Under the pieces are notes generated by a model. The model worked only from the letters and a program-made list of their open reading frames with translations, did not search any database and was not told the origin of the DNA. A stretch of 64,000 bases of DNA from the human T2T-CHM13v2.0 reference genome, Homo sapiens: the NCBI RefSeq assembly GCF_009914755.1, contig NC_060942.1; one strand, given 5' to 3'. Each line of letters starts with the position of its first letter. Position 1 is the first letter of the stretch. Positions 58,013-64,000 of this stretch are shown piece by piece. A program made the position numbers and the translations under genes.

Positions 58013-60271
58013 CCTCCCTTGCTTTTAAAGGATGGTATTTCTGGATGAAAAATTCTTGGTTGACAGTATCTTTGTGTTTTTTAGTACTGAATATTGGCCC
58101 ATTATCTCTGGCCACCAAGGTTTCTGACGAGAAATTTGAGGATAAGCTTAAGGATCCCTTGTATGTGATGCCTCTTTCTTGCTGCTTTCAACATTCTCTG
58201 TCTTTTGAAAGTACGATTAGTGTTTCGGTTTGGATCTTTGAGTTTCTCTTAGAGTTCATTGAGCTTCTTGGATGTTTATATTCATGTCTTCTACTAATTT
58301 TGGAAATTCTCAGCAATTATTTCTTTAAACATTCTCTATACCCCTTTCTGTCTTTCATCCTCTGAAATTCTCACAATGCATAAGCTGAATCTCAGACTCA
58401 ATAATTTCTACTATCCTAACTTCAAGTTTGCTGATTCTGTTTTTTTTTCCTGCTCAAATCTCCCTTTGAAGCCCTCTAGTAAAATTTTCACTTCAGCTAT
58501 TGTGCTTTTCAGCTTCAAAATTTCTTTTTGGTTTCTTTTTAGGTTTTCTATTTCTCTATTGATATTTCCATTTTGTTAATACATTGTTCTCTTGAGTTTC
58601 TCTACATCTTCCCCTACTTTGAACATCTTGAAGACAGTTGCTTTAAAGTCTTTGGTGGAAATCTCATCAGGCTCTTTTTCAGGCACATTTTCTTATTGAC
58701 TTATTTTTATTCATTTGAATGAGCCAAACTTTCCTGTTTCTTGTAAGTTTTGTGATTACTTATTGAAAACTGAGCATTTAAATCTAAAATGTGGTGACTC
58801 TGGAAATCAGATTCTTTCCCCAGAGTTTGCTAATTTTTTATATTTAAAATTGTTGTTGTTTGATTGTTGTAGGCTGTCTCTGTGCCAAGGATTAGCCTGA
58901 GGTATAAACATAAGGTCTCCTTAGGTCTTTCCTGGGCCTGTACCTTTCCCGGGCCATACATAGTCATTTTCTAACTTCTCCATACACATGGTTGCTTTTG
59001 GATGTTTTAGTCTTTAATGTCTGGTCCCAAAAGAAGAAAAGAGAAAAATGACGGGAAGGGGGTAAAAAATAAAAGTGCACTGGCTTTTTATATTCCCTGA
59101 GTCACTTCAGTTGGTGGGGCTTGCAACAATGCGGGGAGATGTGACAACAATGCTCACCACCTCTTTGCACTTCTGTGATCGGAAGCAGCAATCAGCAGTC
59201 AGAGCACAGATCCCTGACCTTTGGAAGACAAGACCCTTTTTGCCCACCCTTGCTCCCACGAGCAGTGTGTAAGCTGCTCCAGGAACGCATGCATACCTGC
59301 CTGCCACAGGGGTGGGAGTGTGAAATGGGTAACTACTACTGTGCTAAGATAAGAGGTGGAACGACTGAACGTAACTGCAGTTTACCATGTTAACCACTAT
59401 TTATTGTCCAAGCAAGCCTTTCTCTGGAAGTTGCAAGGCTTTGATAGACTCCAAGACTCTGGAGTTCCAAAACAATTGCATCAGACAGATTCTGCCAGTG
59501 CAGTTATTGTCTACAAAGGGAGGATTCCTAGTGATTCCTACTCCAGTATCTTCCAGAATCTTCTCCCAAGAAGCATCTCATTCTTGCAGTGGAGAAATTC
59601 ATTAAAAAAGGCCACCACGCTCTACATGGAAATTTGTGCAGGGCACTTCCCTTGGAAGTATAATGCAAGACTAGAAACTTGATTTCTGTAAATCTCGGGT
59701 TAAATTAGCTTCACATCTACTAACAGGTGAAGTATTCTGCTTGCAGTATGCAAACAGATAACTGGTAGAACACAAATGTGTAACTATAGCCAACATAACT
59801 GCAACCAACTGTAGCCTCTGTTAACACAGGCTTAAAGGATTGTGGTTTAGAAAATTTTACTCTGTCCTTCTGCATAATGACATTTGAAATCATATAGGAG
59901 AGGCTTAATAATAAATATTAGGGAATATTTAGATGTTTGGCTAATGTATTAAAGTGCTGGTTGCTCTGAACAGGGAAATAAAAGGAGGAGTAGGCTCCTG
60001 ATGAGTAATTGGCACTGGGAAGAAAGAAGTTGATAGGATAACTTGGAGAGAGGATAACGGGGTGAAATAACTCTTGCACCCACAGACAGGAGAATACGTA
60101 CTTTGGAACAGGTTAAGATAAGTGGATAAAAAAGGAGTGGGAAGTATCTGTGTAATGTTCTAGTTCAATGACAGAGAGAGAAGGGCAGGGATACTGATTG
60201 AATATTTATGTCACAATGAGATTTAATCAATATTGATGCAGATAAAATAACTTACTTAGACATATTTTTAA

Positions 60272-60624
<353 letters not shown>

Positions 60625-60885
60625 TCTGGATCATTTTTTGACTGGTAACCTGACTTGGTGATCCTAGTAAAAGACAGCAACATTGATGGGGGAGAGCGGC
60701 ACTTCTGTTAAGAAGTATAGTGCAGCAATGTGAGGAGGCATCTAAGAGAAATAAAAAACAACAACAACAAAAATGCCTACATTCCACTGAACTACAAATA
60801 TTATTCAAGAGAAAACTTGACAGTCTTTGCCTCATAAATAATTAGCAATTTTGTCACCCATTTTTGCATGTTATCATTAATTAGG

Positions 60886-61341
60886 TATTGTGGATTGAAT
60901 GTCTGTGTTCCCCCAAAATTCATATGGTGAAATCTTAACCCCCTACGGTTTTTGGAGATGAGGATTTGGGAAGGAAATTAGGGGTTATATGGGGTCATAA
61001 GGGTGGATCCCTCATGATGGGATTAGTGCCCTATAAGAAAAGACACCAGAGAGCACCTACTCTCTCTCTTTCTTTCTCTCTCCCCCAACCTCCCTTCCTC
61101 CCTCTTCCCCAACCCTCTCTCCCCCAGCCCCATGCATACACATACAAAGAAGAGGTCACAGGAGCACACAGACAGATGGTAGTAGTCTACAAGCCAAGAG
61201 AAGAGGCCCCAGAATCAAACCTACCCTCCCCAAACTGTGATCTTGACCTTCTAGCCTCCACAACTGTGAAAAGTAAATTTCTGTTGATAAAGCCACCCAG
61301 ACTGTGGTATTCTGTCTTGGCAGCCTGAGCTGACTAATACA
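60886..61341 (+). mobile_element. MLT1A-like MaLR solo LTR
   Basis: tggattgaatgtctgtgttcccccaaaattcatatg...gggtggatccctcatgatgggattagtgccc...gcagcctgagctgactaataca. Confidence 0.88.
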
Positions 61342-62319
61342 GTTGCTATCTAGGATTGCCTGTGATTAAAACACTGAAGGAAAAATAAGAAAATTTTCTC
61401 TGCTTTTAAAAAGAAAATACGCTGCTCCACCCACATTTTAATGCTAGAGTCGGCTCTTTATCTTCCCACATATTCTCTAAGGACTATTCACCCCAATCCC
61501 TTTCTGAATGTCTGTGCTAAAGAAAAGAGCCTTCACTTTTTGAGTTTCCCCCAATTTAAACCAATGCAAATGAAAGGGTAAGGAAAGAGTGCCCTAGATC
61601 CTTTCTTTTGGATATTTCTCTTATTTGGAGTTGTGCAGATTCTCTTAGTTGACTGATATTTTAAAAATTAAGTATGCCAGTGGATTTATGCACACACATA
61701 CACGCATACCCTCTTCCATCCTGTTTCCTGGGCCCTAAGCCTCTCACAGTGACACTTGACCAGCGTGGTTATCTCAAAGTCCCTTCATGCTGGGTAAGCT
61801 TCCGCCTTTCTAGAAAAGGGTCAAGTGTCTTTGAAACTAAACTCCAGTGCCTGGCTAACCAATGACTTTGTACCAATATCTAGAACTAGAATTAATAGTT
61901 GATTATGATACTGCTGATTGAAATAAATAAGTAAAAGTATCTGAAAAATTAGACGATGAAACAAAACTTACAATAATAAAAATAACACAATGTTCATTAG
62001 CTTAAGTAATATGATTATCGAGAATGTCAGGATAGCAGGAAAAATTATGTATTTTCAAAAACTCGTTTTCAAATATTAAACTTTTTTCATTCTCTCCCTT
62101 TCAACTTATAAGAGTAATGCATGTACAGTAGGAAACATGAGAAATTTCAAAAGGCCAGAAGAATATAGAAAGAAATTAAAAATACTTGGAATCTTACTTC
62201 TCAGAAATATACCCTGCAAGGTATTTTGAATTGTAGTTCATTTTTTTTTCCTGTGCAAATAAATAAATAAACTTTTAAAAATTCAACACAAGAGATCACA
62301 TTAAAGATTTCCTCTAAAC

Positions 62320-62531
62320 CAGTGGTCTTTCAACCAGAAGCAATTTTGTCCCCTTCATCCTGGAGATATTCAGCAATATCCAGAAGCACTTTTGGTTGTC
62401 ACATCTTGGGGTGGGAGGGTTGCCTCTGGCATCTAGCGGGTAGAAACCAGGGATGCTGCTATATATCCTGTTCCAATAATTAAGAATTATCTGACCCAAA
62501 ATGTCTATAGCATTGAGATAGAGATATCCTG
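62320..62531 (+). mobile_element. MER20 hAT-Charlie MITE
   Basis: cagtggtctttcaacc...ttttggttgtcaca...ctggcatctagcgggtagaaaccagggatgctgcta...aagaattatctgacccaaaatgtc. Confidence 0.88.
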
Positions 62532-63796
62532 CACCAATCCATTACAGAACCAAAAACTTTACTAATTACAGTCTACTCCATACTGCAAACAATTACTGAG
62601 TACCTGCCGTGGGTCTGTATATACAAAGATAAATATAATTCAGTCCCATCTCTGTTGAGTGTGGGTGATAGACAAGTACATAAACCTAAATGAGTAAACT
62701 TTTTACTCACATCTCTTTTGAGACAAGGAGTCCTTTGAGTGGCTTAAGTCACTCAGTGCTTGAAACCTTCATTTCAAGGTTTATGAAAAGAACCTACATT
62801 AGTCCTAGTCTGAGAAAGAGAGACACCTGAAGGTGGCAAGCCCCTAAACCATCCTATTCTTGGCTCCACTCGACCCTTATCCTGCCATTCCCATGGCTGG
62901 CCTTCTGCTCTCCACTCTCAGTTGTAGGGTCACAGGGGAGGAGATTAAGTCAACATAATAATATATTTACAAATCACATAATTTCTATAAAATTTGAGTT
63001 GTTTTTTGCCTTGATTCCTAGAATTTAAAAAAGTAAAACAAGAACAACAGCAAAACTTGTGATCTGTTCAGAAAATGTGTCACAACAAAGAAATAGCAGT
63101 GGCTGACACTTTTGACAGATTCCCAATCAGGAGTCAGGGGTTGTGCTGTTTCACCTCTATCACATTATTCAATCCTCCCAACCTGAAAAGATGGCATAGC
63201 TGGCCCCAAATCTCAGCAAGGACACTAAGGTCTGGAGATGGGGGCGGACTGCCCAGTACATGCAGTCTATCAGTGGTGGAACCAGGAGATCACTGCCATT
63301 GGGCCTGCAGCTGTGGAGCCAGCCGCTTCTGGATCTACCTTACTGCCCAGGTGAGCATGCTGCAGAGTGAATCTCAGGCCATGCCCACCACATCTGCCAT
63401 CTCGTCTTCACCAACTTGCTTCCAACAGGTGAGCACCCATTGGGGTCTTCAATGGACTGGCCCCCCCTAATTTCTCCAACCTATTAATCTTCTTTCTTCA
63501 TTGTCCTTTTCTTCAGCTTAGGCTGAAATTGACTTTTTTTTTTTTTTTTTGTCTTGCAAATGCTCCACATCCCCTTATTTCTCTGTCTTTTCTTTGTGAT
63601 CATTTGGCAAAAATGGCAGTCGGGAAGAGCCTCACTACCTGCTCTTCCTGTGCGTGCATAGGCTGTCATGAAGGCAGAACGTGTCCACAAATGGTTCCTG
63701 CTTACCAAGCACAGAGAGGTCCAGCACTCGCAGCCACACTATATACCCTTGCTTTGGTTTACCTGCTTTTCTATGCGCCCAGTGGACTGTTTCATT

Positions 63797-64000
63797 CTTC
63801 TTTTATTTTTTTTAGATGGGGTCTCACCCTGTTGCCTAGGCGGGAGTTCAATGGCACAACTGTGGCTTACTACAGCCTGAACCTCCCAGGCTCAAGTGAT
63901 CTTCCCATCTCAACCTCCTGAGTAGCTGGGACTATAGGTGTGTGCCACCATGCCTGGCTAATTTTTTTTTTGGTATGGATGGGGGTCTCACTACGTTGCC
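63797..64000 (-). mobile_element. AluJ, cut by the window edge
   Basis: tacagcctgaacctcccaggctcaagtgatcttccc (J diagnostics). Confidence 0.9.

Overview
This is primate genomic DNA, most likely human: it carries AluY, an L1PA2-type LINE and many older Alu, L1, L2, MIR, MaLR and MER elements. It reads as intergenic or deep intronic sequence. I found no host protein-coding gene, CpG island, tRNA, rRNA or CRISPR array, and the long ORFs in the track are L1 ORF2 remnants or chance/Alu read-throughs. Recognisable content: about 11 Alus; two convergent, internally deleted old L1MB-type elements, each interrupted by a younger L1PA; an L1PA2 with a twin-priming 5' inversion missing about 1.4 kb; an L1PA8; a full-length MER75 piggyBac MITE with TTAA TSDs; MER1B, MER2, MER20; solo LTRs (MSTA, MER4A-like, MLT1); and a U5 snRNA processed pseudogene with TSDs and a 12-nt 3' extension. 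Repeat-poor, motif-rich stretches (about 4.2-9.7, 32-34.6 and 43.3-43.9 kb) and several good splice signals suggest enhancers and possibly a spliced + strand lncRNA, which is inference only. The most unusual structure is a perfect 35-bp minisatellite built from alternating inverted copies of one 15-mer, flanked by a 15-bp direct repeat (25086-25274). I cannot support a claim of a new biological system. Subfamily names come from remembered consensus motifs, and boundaries of old repeats are approximate.
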